Shown here piece after piece: positions 49,650-59,868 of a stretch of 64,000 bases of DNA (position 1 is its first letter; each line of letters starts with the position of its first letter). Both the position numbers and the translations under genes were made by a program. Source of the DNA: SAR202 cluster bacterium (GTDB taxonomy: Bacteria; Chloroflexota; Dehalococcoidia; Lucifugimonadales; GCA-2719675); the NCBI GenBank assembly GCA_009392295.1, contig VFGW01000006.1:27721-91720 (forward strand), in the 5' to 3' direction. The notes beneath the pieces are model-generated. The model was not told where the DNA came from, ran no database searches, and saw only the letters and a program-made list of their open reading frames with translations.

Positions 49650-50249
49650 TTGATGACTTTAATTCTTATAATAACTGCTTATATTTGTGGAGCAATTCCT
49701 TGGGCAACATTGCTTTCCAAAGCCACTAAATGTCCTCCTCTAAATACTATAGGAGATGGAAACCCAGGTGCTGCAAACTTGTGGAAAGCTAAAGGTTGGA
49801 AAATTGGGTTAATTGGTGTGTTACTTGAAATTTCCAAAGGATTCATACCAATATATTTTATACTAAATTTTTATCAATTAAACTTAACTGATCTAGAAAA
49901 AATTATCATATCTTTAATGCCAATTCTTGGCCATGGCTTTTCGCCATTTCTAAAATTTATAGGCGGAAAATCATTAGCTGTCACGTGGGGAACATGGATT
50001 GGATTAACTCATGGACTAGCACTACCAATAGGTTGTATATATTTACTAACTATGCATTTAATTCAAAAGAATCATGCATGGACGGTCTTAATAAGCTTAA
50101 TTGGAATGTTAATTACATTTACTTATATTTTTACACAAACATTTATGTTTATTACGATGACATTAAATATTTTATTTATTATATTTAAACACAAAAATGA
50201 ATTTTCAAAAAAAATTGAACTAAGAAACTGGATTAAACAGAATAAATAA
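49650..50249 (+). CDS. PlsY-family acyltransferase
   Basis: YICGAIP, GDGNPGAAN, EISKG and GHGFSPF...GGK. Confidence 0.8.
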   Translation: MMTLILIITAYICGAIPWATLLSKATKCPPLNTIGDGNPGAANLWKAKGWKIGLIGVLLEISKGFIPIYFILNFYQLNLTDLEKIIISLMPILGHGFSPFLKFIGGKSLAVTWGTWIGLTHGLALPIGCIYLLTMHLIQKNHAWTVLISLIGMLITFTYIFTQTFMFITMTLNILFIIFKHKNEFSKKIELRNWIKQNK

Positions 50250-50250
50250 T

Positions 50251-51399
50251 ATGCTAATAATTGAACATACGATTATATTAGTATTTTCTATATCAATACT
50301 AATTATTGCAAAAATAAATTCTAGATCAATAACAAGTTTATTTAATGTGGAAAATAAAAAAATTAATTCATCTTTATCAATTTTAATCCCTGCTAGGAAT
50401 GAAGAAAATAACATTGGAAAATGTTTGAAATCTTTAATAGAAGATCCTAATCCAGATTTCGAATTTTTAGTATTAGACGATAATTCAACAGATAAAACAA
50501 GCCAAATAGTTAGTAAATTATCCGAAATTGATCCCAGAATCAGATTGATCAAAGGAAAAAAATTACCAAACGATTGGACTGGTAAAAATTGGGCATGTCA
50601 TCAATTATCATCCCAAGCGCAAGGAAAGCTTATATTGTTTATTGATGCAGATACTTGGGTTTCCAATCAAACAATAAATAAAGCTGCAACTTATATGGAA
50701 GGAACACAATGTGATTTACTTACAGTAATTCCAAAAAGAAATCCCAATTGTTTAATCGAAAAAATTATGTTTCCTTTTATTGATTGGGTAACAACAAGTT
50801 TTCTACCAATCAAATTTGCTGGTTCTATTAAAACCCCCTATATCTCAGCAACTTTCGGACAATTTATGATGTTTCAAAAAGAAAAATATTTTGAGGCTGG
50901 TGGTCATTCATCATTAAAAGGAAATGTATTAGATGATATTGAACTGGGCAGGTCAATTAAAAGAAAAGGACTTAATTGGAAATTACTTGATGGTAAAAAA
51001 AGTGTTGAAACTGAAATGTATCAAACAAATATTGAAGCAATAAAAGGATTATCTAGAAGTATTTTCCCAACTTTTGAATATAGAATCAGTACTTTCTTAG
51101 CAGCAGCTATTATTCTGTTCCTTGTTTCTTTAGGCCCTTACATTTCAATTTACTTATGGTTAAGTGGTTACTACCAAAATGAAATTATAGCCATGATTTC
51201 ATTAAGTACATTATTTTTCATATTATATTCGTGGATAATAATATGTTCTTATTTTAATCACAATAAAATCACAACTATTATTTATCCTTTTATAATTTCT
51301 GTGATTTTTATAATTGCAATCCATTCTTTCTTTTCGTATATATTTGGATTATCTAAATGGAAAGATAGATCTATTAATAAATATAAAATTAAACTATAA
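50251..51399 (+). CDS. GT2 glycosyltransferase (CruC/CrtQ-like)
   Basis: LIPARNEE, LDDNSTD, WTGKNWACHQL, FIDAD and GQFMMF; C-terminal TMs. Confidence 0.83.
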   Translation: MLIIEHTIILVFSISILIIAKINSRSITSLFNVENKKINSSLSILIPARNEENNIGKCLKSLIEDPNPDFEFLVLDDNSTDKTSQIVSKLSEIDPRIRLIKGKKLPNDWTGKNWACHQLSSQAQGKLILFIDADTWVSNQTINKAATYMEGTQCDLLTVIPKRNPNCLIEKIMFPFIDWVTTSFLPIKFAGSIKTPYISATFGQFMMFQKEKYFEAGGHSSLKGNVLDDIELGRSIKRKGLNWKLLDGKKSVETEMYQTNIEAIKGLSRSIFPTFEYRISTFLAAAIILFLVSLGPYISIYLWLSGYYQNEIIAMISLSTLFFILYSWIIICSYFNHNKITTIIYPFIISVIFIIAIHSFFSYIFGLSKWKDRSINKYKIKL

Positions 51400-51482
51400 G
51401 TTTATTTATTGATACGAATTCCACTCGAATTACTTTAATAATGGTTTAACTTATTTCAAATATCTAATAAAATATCAGCCTA

Positions 51483-51568
51483 GCCCGGGTGGCGGAACGG
51501 TAGACGCGCTGGACTTAAAATCCCGTGCCCTTTAGGGCGTGTGGGTTCGATTCCCACCCCGGGCACCA
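51483..51568 (+). tRNA. tRNA-Leu (anticodon TAA)
   Basis: GCCCGGG...GGTAGAC...CT-TAA-AA, long variable arm GCCC-TTTA-GGGC, GGTTCGATTCC and CCA end. Confidence 0.96.
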
Positions 51569-51581
51569 TTCTTCATTGATA

Positions 51582-51872
51582 TTATATTAATTTAATCAGT
51601 TCAATTTCTCTGTGTGCGAGATGACTTCTAACAAAATTAACATTTTCTTTCCACCAGTCACTTCCGTAAAAATCAGCTTCCTTTTTTTCTAAATCATTTT
51701 CATCAGAAAAACATCTCACCCAAATAAATTTCGTATTTTCTTCATTAGTGGCTGAAAGTTTAACTTCCATTCCTGATGCAATAACCCTAGGCATAATTTC
51801 ATTTTGAAAAATTTCAATCCAACTTTTCATCATTCCAGTGTTAATTGTATAAGTTCTAATTTGAGCAATCAT
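51582..51872 (-). CDS. NIPSNAP family protein
   Basis: QIRTYTI..G, FIWVR.F and FYGSDWW. Confidence 0.78.
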   Translation of the reverse strand: MIAQIRTYTINTGMMKSWIEIFQNEIMPRVIASGMEVKLSATNEENTKFIWVRCFSDENDLEKKEADFYGSDWWKENVNFVRSHLAHREIELIKLI

Positions 51873-51910
51873 ATTTCACCTTCAAAAATATCAACAGTAT
51901 TCTTGTTAGA

Positions 51911-52705
51911 TTATTTTTCTAACATTTTACGTAATTCACCACAGTTATCTTTTGCAAACTGATAAAGAATATGCCAATCAGTTCCCATAGCAAAATGCTT
52001 TACCCCCATCTCCATCCATGGAATAGCAGCTTCAGGAGAACCAATTGCTACTCTAGGATGAACTCCCATCTTCAATGCCGTTTTATAAGTGTATTCTATA
52101 GCTTCTTTCACCTCTGGATCTCCTTTTTCAAAAGCCCTAGGTTTACCTAAACTCAAGGAATAATCATTAGCTCCAAAAGTAACCATATCTATACCACCTA
52201 AACTTAAAATATCTTCTAAATTTTCAACTGCCTCACGTTTCTCAATCATTAATGCAATTACACAGTCGTCTAAAACTTTAACATACTCATCAGTCCCACC
52301 TTCTAGTCCATAACTTGAAAATCTTCGATCAGCAGCTCCAAATCTTCCTCCAGATTGAGGAGTATCAGCTCTTACTGCAGAAATACAAGCTTTTGCATCT
52401 TCAACAGTTCTTGTATCAGAAAACAAAATGTTCTGAATTCCAGACCCAATAGCCCTTTGAGCAACAAAAGCTTTATTTTCAATATCAACTTTAATCATTG
52501 AAGAAATCCCATTCAATTCTGTTGCTCTAGCAAAATTATCAAAATCATATAAATCATATGGCCAATATTCTGCTAATACCTCTATATAATCTACAGTACC
52601 AGTTTTCCCAATTATTTCAGCTAAATCAGGACTAGGTGAACTAATATGCATAGCTAAACTAGGTTTATCCTCATTAAGTAATTGTCTTAAACGATTAGAT
52701 CTCAA
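51911..52705 (-). CDS. HpcH/HpaI aldolase family protein
   Basis: ALMIEKREAVENL, GIDMVTFGANDYSLSLG and MGTD; GGAGG SD. Confidence 0.87.
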   Translation of the reverse strand: MRSNRLRQLLNEDKPSLAMHISSPSPDLAEIIGKTGTVDYIEVLAEYWPYDLYDFDNFARATELNGISSMIKVDIENKAFVAQRAIGSGIQNILFSDTRTVEDAKACISAVRADTPQSGGRFGAADRRFSSYGLEGGTDEYVKVLDDCVIALMIEKREAVENLEDILSLGGIDMVTFGANDYSLSLGKPRAFEKGDPEVKEAIEYTYKTALKMGVHPRVAIGSPEAAIPWMEMGVKHFAMGTDWHILYQFAKDNCGELRKMLEK

Positions 52706-52748
52706 AATACACCTCCAATTAAAAAAGTTTATAAAAAATTAATTTAAA

Positions 52749-53489
52749 CTAATAAGTGGCTCTACCTCCACTTATATCAAACACAGCACCAGTACTTGCT
52801 GAACATTCTTTAGAAGATAACCAAGAAACAATACTCGCTACTTCTGAAATTTCAACAGTTCTTTTCATTGGTATTTTTTCAACCATGTAATCAAGAACTT
52901 CCTCTGTAACTTGCTCTAGAAGTTTAGTCTTAACTACTGCAGGAGTCACACAATTAACTCTAATTCCAGTTTCTGCTAACTCTTTACCTAGAGATTTTGT
53001 CAAACCAATAACTGCAGCTTTAGTTGAAGAATAGGGAGACATTTTAGGATTACCTTCTTTACCAGCAATCGAGGCAATGTTAATTATTCGACCATAATTT
53101 TTTTGAAGCATAATAGGAGTAACAACATTACACATTAAAAAAACAGATCTTAAATTAGCAAAATAAACACGATCCATTTCTTGAACAGAAGTTTCCCAAA
53201 GGTTATTAGGAGATCCTGTAATACCAACGTTATTCACTAAAATATCCACCTGTTGAAACTTTTCTTTGACTAGGTTCATCGAGTTTAAAACAGATTTTTC
53301 ATTTGTAACATCAGTATCAAAAAAATACGCTTCAATACCTTGATTAATCAAATCTTCAGATGCCTTATCACCACCTTTAGAATCAAAATCAAAAATTATC
53401 ACTTTACAACCATCAGCTCCTAAACGTTGAGCTATACCATTACCTATCCCTCTAGCTGCTCCAGTAATTATAGCAACTTGTTGATTCAT
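52749..53489 (-). CDS. SDR, 2-dehydro-3-deoxy-L-rhamnonate dehydrogenase (LRA5)-like
   Basis: TGAARGIG, ASIAGKEGNP, YSSTK and C-terminal TGAVFDISGGRATY. Confidence 0.8.
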   Translation of the reverse strand: MNQQVAIITGAARGIGNGIAQRLGADGCKVIIFDFDSKGGDKASEDLINQGIEAYFFDTDVTNEKSVLNSMNLVKEKFQQVDILVNNVGITGSPNNLWETSVQEMDRVYFANLRSVFLMCNVVTPIMLQKNYGRIINIASIAGKEGNPKMSPYSSTKAAVIGLTKSLGKELAETGIRVNCVTPAVVKTKLLEQVTEEVLDYMVEKIPMKRTVEISEVASIVSWLSSKECSASTGAVFDISGGRATY

Positions 53490-53526
53490 ATATTATTCTC
53501 AAACAGAAATATATATTTACAATCTA

Positions 53527-53730
53527 TCATTTAGATACAGGTAACATTTCTATTCCACAACAAGATGGAGACTTTATTTTCCCACAACCTTTTGGGCATT
53601 GAGAAACTCCAACAACACTACCGTCAGGTTTAACCAAATCATTATGTTCAAGAGGTCCACCACATTTAGAACAAGATAATCCAGTTACACCCATACCACA
53701 AGTTGAATCAGAACAGTTATATGACGCCAA
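53527..53730 (-). CDS. Small 8-Cys metal-binding protein
   Basis: AAGGAG SD; CSDSTC, CSKC, CPKGC and CCGIEM. Confidence 0.8.
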   Translation of the reverse strand: MASYNCSDSTCGMGVTGLSCSKCGGPLEHNDLVKPDGSVVGVSQCPKGCGKIKSPSCCGIEMLPVSK

Positions 53731-53915
53731 TTTAAACTCCTTAAAAAATATTTTCTAAATTGTACAATTTTGTTCGAAATATTCCACAAAATTTTACTAA
53801 CAATTACGATATTAACATATCAATTCATTATCATCATTTGAATAGTTAAAATAATTATATAATTTCATGATTAAATTAACCGAATATTTAAATCAATCAA
53901 ACAAAAATTACTAGA

Positions 53916-53943
53916 TTGACAATTTTTTAAATAGTACTATCCT
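53916..53943 (+). promoter_or_regulatory. Putative sigma70 promoter for the addB/addA-like operon
   Basis: TTGACA-N16-TATCCT upstream of ATG 54018. Confidence 0.45.
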
Positions 53944-54017
53944 GTAATTGCAATTTATCTCTAAAAGCAAAACATCGTTAAAATTAATTAGCTTTAGCCC
54001 AGCAAAAAAGTACAAAA

Positions 54018-57000
54018 ATGATTTTTCAAGACAAAAAAATTCTTTTTTCTACACCAAAAAATTGTATTGAAAATCTTTTGGCGAATATTAATTTTGTAGA
54101 AAACAAAGATGAAAAAATTACTTTAATAGTTCCTTCTAAAGAATTAGTAACTTCATTAACTGAAATAATTCCAAAAAAAGAAAAAACAAAAATTAATTTG
54201 CTTGAATTTAACCAGTTTGTGTCAGAAATTTCTTATGAATCTAACTCAAAAAATAAGTTGGGAACATTAACAAATTCACAACATTATCATATGGTACAAA
54301 AAAGTATAAAAAATTCTAAATTAGATTCCTTAGATTTTAATGATAGTAATACCTTATTTGAAAACCTCAAAGAATCAATAGAAACATTCACAAATATTCC
54401 CAATCCTGCCCTTACAAAATTAAAGAATCAAAACTTAAATATTACCAATTATGCAATAAAAATTTTTGAAATATATCAAAAACTAAAAAGCCAATATATT
54501 GACTCAAATCAACTATTAGTAAAAGCGATTTCAGAAATCCAATCAAATAACATCAAATTACACAACAAAATTGGGCATATTATTTTTTTCCTTGATAGGT
54601 ACCATTTGGAAAATGAAATTAAATTTATTTCTTTAATTCTTAAAAATTTTCCCAGCAATTTATTAGTAATCACTCAAAATCAAAAATCTATTGATAATTT
54701 GACAAAAAAATACTCATTGAATCCTGCGGAAATTCAAATTGATCACATAAAAAATAAAATAACAACCAATTACGAAATAGTAATAGCTAAAAACCAAATT
54801 GAAGAAGTAAAACAAGCAATTAGAAAAATTTTATTTGCTGTTAACAATGGCACAAAATTATCTGAAATTGCATTGATATTTGATGAGGAATTTCCATATT
54901 TAGATATAATCAAAACTCAACTAAATTCAGCTAAAATACCATATACTGGACACATAGAAAATAAATTGTTGAATACTGGGCCTGGGCAAGTATTAATAGG
55001 GCTTTTAGAAATCATCGAATCAGGAATTTCATATGAAAAATTTTCAAATTGGATTAGTAACTCACCAGTAAATATATTTTATAAAAATTCCGATCCAAAT
55101 GAATGGAATGAAATATCAAAAAAGATCGGAATTGAATCCAACTTTAATACTTGGAAAAATAAATTATACTCATACGTGGATCAAACTAAAAATTCTGCCC
55201 CAAGTAGCTGTCAGAAAGCATTACAACTAATCAAATTTCTTGAACATTTGAAAAATGACATTGATTCTATCCCTAAGTACAATTTCAAAAATAAAGATAT
55301 AGATTTAATATCTTTATTTTTCAATAAATATTTAGACAAAACAAAAATCCCAAACATTGAAAAAGATTCATACTCAGAAATCCAAAACAGAATTTTAGAG
55401 ATCAAAAAAATTGAAAAACTTCAAGTACACTTCCTTGAAATAAAAAAAATCATTCTAAATAATTTAAATGAAAAAATTTCTTCAACAAACATAAATCAAA
55501 AAGGGATTTTTATTTCATCCATTAAAAATATTATCGGAATGCATTTTGAATATATACATGTTTTAGGATTATCTGAAGAAAAATTTCTTCAACAAAAACA
55601 AGAAAATCCATTTATTTCAGATTTTTCGAAAATAATTTGTGGAGGCAAAACAGTTGGATTACCAACAAATTCAGAAATACATCAAATTAAAAAAACAGAC
55701 TTTGAAATAATTTCATCCATTCCTCAAAAACTGATACTTTCATATCCAAAAAATGACATAGAAAATCATGAAATATTATCTCCGTCAATCTTACTGAAAA
55801 ATATCGCTAAATCAATAGATCATGAGTGCTTTTCAAATTCACAAAAACTAAATCCTAATAATAAAAATTGGTTACAAATAATTGATTCAAAACAATCAGG
55901 TTTAAATTTTGGTCAACAAACATGCTTCATTAATAAGAATGAATTGGAAGAATATATTTTATTAGAAGCAAAAAAATATAAAATACCCTTCCAAAAAATC
56001 CCATTTTTATACAAATCTGAAAGTTTAAAAAATTACTTATTAATGAGTAAATCAATTGAATCTCCTAAATTTGGTCAATGGGATGGAAAAATAAATTTTT
56101 CAAATATAATTAGTAAAAGAACAAAAATAGAATCATATGCAAAATGTCCTTACCAGTATTTCCTAAATGAATTAATTAAAATTCAACCGAAAAATTCTGA
56201 TGAGGAAACGTTGTTTATAGATCCAAAAGAAAAAGGATCTTTACAACATAAGATTTTAGAGCAATTTTTCAAAACTGTTCTTTCTGAAAATACACAACCT
56301 CAAATCAATGAAAAATGGAACCAAAAACATCAAGAGGTTCTAACAAAAATTATAGAAAAAAATTTCTCACTCTGGGAAGAAGAAGGTAAGACGGGTAAAA
56401 AAATCTTCTGGGATTTTACAAAAACTGAAATTCGTTCCACATTAGCAACTTTTCTTAGAGAAGAAAAAAAATTAAGAGAAAAATTCCAGGTAAAATTATT
56501 CGATTCTGAAAAAAGTTTTGGTGTCGAAGAAAATCTTTCTGACAAAAAATCTTCATGGAACTCCGCAAATATGGAAGTTGAAAATTCAAAAAAAACTTTA
56601 GATTTCAGAGGATTTATTGATCTGATTTACTTGTCTGCAGATTTAAAAACCGCCCTAATATTAGATATTAAAACTGGGAAGTCAATTACATACAACAAAA
56701 TCAAAAACAATCCCATTGATGGTGGTCAAAATTTACAACTTCCAGTATATTCACTAGCAGTTTCTCAAAATCTAAATCAAATCAATTCAATTTTATCTTC
56801 TTATTGGGTCGCAACATTCGAAGGTGGTTTCAAACTTTACCCTGAAATACCAATTAAATGGACCGAAATTCAAGAAGAATTTTCAAAAATTCTAGAAATT
56901 TTATACAAATCTAATTTAAATGGATTATTTCCAGCAAATCCAGGTAAATATGATTCATTTAATAAAAAAGGATTAAATTGTAATTTCTGTGATTTTGATC

Positions 57001-57101
57001 AAATTTGCAGTGAAAATAGAATAGACTTGTGGGAACGAAAAAGTAAATCAGACCCTGCTTTAAAAGAATTTATAAATATTAATACAAACATTCCGGAGTA
57101 A
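54018..57101 (+). CDS. AddB/AdnA-like protein: degenerate helicase scaffold plus PD-(D/E)XK nuclease with Fe-S cysteines
   Basis: KCPYQYF, KGSLQH, RGFIDLI..ILDIKTG, LQLPVY and CNFCDFDQIC. Confidence 0.83.
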   Translation: MIFQDKKILFSTPKNCIENLLANINFVENKDEKITLIVPSKELVTSLTEIIPKKEKTKINLLEFNQFVSEISYESNSKNKLGTLTNSQHYHMVQKSIKNSKLDSLDFNDSNTLFENLKESIETFTNIPNPALTKLKNQNLNITNYAIKIFEIYQKLKSQYIDSNQLLVKAISEIQSNNIKLHNKIGHIIFFLDRYHLENEIKFISLILKNFPSNLLVITQNQKSIDNLTKKYSLNPAEIQIDHIKNKITTNYEIVIAKNQIEEVKQAIRKILFAVNNGTKLSEIALIFDEEFPYLDIIKTQLNSAKIPYTGHIENKLLNTGPGQVLIGLLEIIESGISYEKFSNWISNSPVNIFYKNSDPNEWNEISKKIGIESNFNTWKNKLYSYVDQTKNSAPSSCQKALQLIKFLEHLKNDIDSIPKYNFKNKDIDLISLFFNKYLDKTKIPNIEKDSYSEIQNRILEIKKIEKLQVHFLEIKKIILNNLNEKISSTNINQKGIFISSIKNIIGMHFEYIHVLGLSEEKFLQQKQENPFISDFSKIICGGKTVGLPTNSEIHQIKKTDFEIISSIPQKLILSYPKNDIENHEILSPSILLKNIAKSIDHECFSNSQKLNPNNKNWLQIIDSKQSGLNFGQQTCFINKNELEEYILLEAKKYKIPFQKIPFLYKSESLKNYLLMSKSIESPKFGQWDGKINFSNIISKRTKIESYAKCPYQYFLNELIKIQPKNSDEETLFIDPKEKGSLQHKILEQFFKTVLSENTQPQINEKWNQKHQEVLTKIIEKNFSLWEEEGKTGKKIFWDFTKTEIRSTLATFLREEKKLREKFQVKLFDSEKSFGVEENLSDKKSSWNSANMEVENSKKTLDFRGFIDLIYLSADLKTALILDIKTGKSITYNKIKNNPIDGGQNLQLPVYSLAVSQNLNQINSILSSYWVATFEGGFKLYPEIPIKWTEIQEEFSKILEILYKSNLNGLFPANPGKYDSFNKKGLNCNFCDFDQICSENRIDLWERKSKSDPALKEFININTNIPE

Positions 57102-57106
57102 ATCTG

Positions 57107-59860
57107 TTGAATTACAAAATAGATTCTGAATCTAGAATACAAATAAAAAACAACCTAAATACATCGTACTACGTTGAAGCTGGTGCAGGCACAGGTAAAA
57201 CAACCGTTTTAGTTGACAGGATCGTATCATTAATTTTAAAAAACAAAACCCCAATAAATAAAATTGCAGCTATCACTTTTAATAAGTCTGCAGCAAAAAA
57301 TATCAAAGATAAAATAAGAACTTCATTAGAATCTATTTTAATCAAAGAAGATATTTCCAATGAGGTCCAAAAAAATATAACACAAGCACTTAACGGTCTA
57401 GAAACTTCATCTATCCAAACACTTCATAGTTTTGCTGACAAAATAATTCGACAATTCCCCATAGAATCTGGTGTTGCTCCAGGCTTTAAAATTTTGTCTG
57501 AATCAGAAAATAACAACCTCTTCGAAAAAAAATGGAACAATTGGATTTCTTCAAATCAAGAAAATATAAAATTTGAAAAATCATTTAACTGGTTGATGTG
57601 TTTAAATGTTAATCCTAATAAAATCAAATCTATTGCAAAGATATTTTGGAATAATTTTGAAAATGTAGAAACATCTAAATTTGAAAACAATATTAAAATT
57701 CCCCAAATCAACTTCGAGAAATTTAAAAAACTATGTAATAATCTAAAAAATCTTTCTGTCACCCTCTGTAATAATCCCGCTGACCCATTATTAGTCCATA
57801 TTAACGATTTCACAGAAGAATTCGAAGAAGTTATATTTTCACTTAATGATTGGAATTTTGATAACTCAATCACCTTATATAATCTATCTAAATTTTCGAA
57901 AAATATCACAGGCAATGATTGTTACAAATCTATTTCCACCAATAAGGGAAATAAGAAAAATTGGGATAAAGATCCTTATTCTCAACAAAATTCTAAAATT
58001 TTAGTGACCTCCATACTTTCTGAAATACAAAATGATATAGATGATTTTTTATTAAATTCTGGAAAATTTGCATTAACAGATTTACTTGCCGAATTGAAAA
58101 AATTCTCCCTAATAGAAGCTCATAAAAGAAAACAAAGAGGAGAAATAACTCATGACGACTCATTGATATGGGCTAGGAATCTAGTAAAAAATCATTACTC
58201 TGTTAGAAAACATTTTATTTTAAATTACGAAAATATTCTTATAGATGAATTTCAGGATACAGATCCAATACAAGCAGAAATTGCAGCATTTATCTCCGAA
58301 AGCATAAGCAAAGAAAAAGCAGACAAATTGGAAACTGATTGGACTAAAATAAAACCTCAAAATGGAAAATTGTTTGCAGTAGGTGACCCTAAACAATCTA
58401 TATATAAATTCAGAAAAGCTGATTCAAGCATTTCACAAATAATTCAACAAAATCTAACTGACAATACTATTTATTTAACAGAAAATTTTAGATCTACAAA
58501 ATCAATCATCAAATTCGTAAATCAAATTTTCGAAAATTTATTTGAAGAATCAGAAACCCAACCTAAGTATGTAAATTTAACTTATCCTAAAAAAAACGGT
58601 TCAAAAAAATTAAATTTTGGTAGTGTCCAGTTCTTCGGCGAATCCATAGAAGATAACAAAACAACAGATCAAATTAAAAAAGAAGAAGCGAAACAAATCA
58701 GTACAATAATTAATGATATTATTTCTAAAAAATCTAAAATTCGCGATGAACAAATTAATTCAGAAATACCCAAAAAAACTGTAACATATAATGACATTTG
58801 CATCCTAGTAGAAAAAAATGCAGACATACCAATCATAGAAAATGAATTGAATTATTTGGCCATACCTAATATCAATCAAAATTCAGCAATTAATTATCAA
58901 GCACAAGAAATAAAAGACATCATTAATTGCCTTAAAGCAATAAATAATCCTTACGATAAAATTTCAATTATTGCAGCATTAAAATCTCCAGCATTCAGTT
59001 GTTCAGATGAAGATTTATTTCGACATGTTAAAGATAATAAAAGTTTCAATTACATAGAAAATCACCACAAAGGTTCATCCAAAATAGATGGATACTTAAA
59101 AATTTTAAATGAGTTCCATACTAAAAAAAATTACACTCCAACCACAGAAATAATCGAAGAATTTTTCACTTCTAGACACCTAAATTCGGCTGCTATACTG
59201 CATGAACATTCTGAAAATATTTTAAATCATTATGAATTCATTATGGCTACTGCTATTTCTTTGTCAAAAGATAATTATTTAACGATTATTGAATTAATAA
59301 ATTATCTTGAAAAAGACCTAAATCAAAATAACAAAATCCCAAATAATGATTCGTCTAATACAGTAAAAATTATGACTTTCCATGGCGCAAAAGGATTAGA
59401 ATTTCCAGTTGTGATTATGACAGGATTAGGTTTCATTTCGGAAGTTCCTTCAACAGAAAATAATGTTTTTTTCGATAAAAAAACTCAACAATTAGAAGTA
59501 AGAATTTCAAAAAACATACAAACATCTAACTTCGAAAATTTACTGCAAAAAGAAATGCAAAATACTTTAGAAGAAAAAATCAGATTGCTTTATGTAAGTG
59601 CGACTAGAGCAAAAGATTTTCTAATAATAAGTCTATTTAAAAAAGGTCCCAGAACAAAATTGCTGTATCACTTATTTACAAATGCCGCCCAGAAACAAAA
59701 TGTAGATTGGAATAAAATTGAGTTGACATCTTCAGCCCCTGGGAATTTAAATGGAATTCCTAGTCAAACAAAAAAGGTTGATCAGGGATCTATTCTTCAA
59801 GAATTCGAAATGTTGGAAAAAAAACAGAAGCAACTACTTGAAAAATTAATTTCTGAATAA
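57107..59860 (+). CDS. AddA-like UvrD (SF1A) helicase without a C-terminal nuclease
   Basis: AGAGTGKT, IDEFQDT, VGDPKQSIYKFR, NFRS, TFHGAKGLEF and LYVSATRAK. Confidence 0.87.
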   Translation: MNYKIDSESRIQIKNNLNTSYYVEAGAGTGKTTVLVDRIVSLILKNKTPINKIAAITFNKSAAKNIKDKIRTSLESILIKEDISNEVQKNITQALNGLETSSIQTLHSFADKIIRQFPIESGVAPGFKILSESENNNLFEKKWNNWISSNQENIKFEKSFNWLMCLNVNPNKIKSIAKIFWNNFENVETSKFENNIKIPQINFEKFKKLCNNLKNLSVTLCNNPADPLLVHINDFTEEFEEVIFSLNDWNFDNSITLYNLSKFSKNITGNDCYKSISTNKGNKKNWDKDPYSQQNSKILVTSILSEIQNDIDDFLLNSGKFALTDLLAELKKFSLIEAHKRKQRGEITHDDSLIWARNLVKNHYSVRKHFILNYENILIDEFQDTDPIQAEIAAFISESISKEKADKLETDWTKIKPQNGKLFAVGDPKQSIYKFRKADSSISQIIQQNLTDNTIYLTENFRSTKSIIKFVNQIFENLFEESETQPKYVNLTYPKKNGSKKLNFGSVQFFGESIEDNKTTDQIKKEEAKQISTIINDIISKKSKIRDEQINSEIPKKTVTYNDICILVEKNADIPIIENELNYLAIPNINQNSAINYQAQEIKDIINCLKAINNPYDKISIIAALKSPAFSCSDEDLFRHVKDNKSFNYIENHHKGSSKIDGYLKILNEFHTKKNYTPTTEIIEEFFTSRHLNSAAILHEHSENILNHYEFIMATAISLSKDNYLTIIELINYLEKDLNQNNKIPNNDSSNTVKIMTFHGAKGLEFPVVIMTGLGFISEVPSTENNVFFDKKTQQLEVRISKNIQTSNFENLLQKEMQNTLEEKIRLLYVSATRAKDFLIISLFKKGPRTKLLYHLFTNAAQKQNVDWNKIELTSSAPGNLNGIPSQTKKVDQGSILQEFEMLEKKQKQLLEKLISE

Positions 59861-59868
59861 TTTAGCTT

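Noticed and set aside
51509-51525. T-C mismatch in the tRNA-Leu anticodon stem
   Set aside because: A single mismatch in an otherwise canonical tRNA; not evidence of a pseudogene or recoding.
41030-51568. Region between the two tRNAs as a possible integrated island
   Set aside because: No integrase, no duplicated tRNA 3' end seen, and the content is largely housekeeping.
49612-53807. Exact 15-mer TTTACTAACAATTAC in two intergenic regions (~49612 and ~53793)
   Set aside because: Non-palindromic, only two copies, and such matches are expected by chance in very AT-rich DNA.
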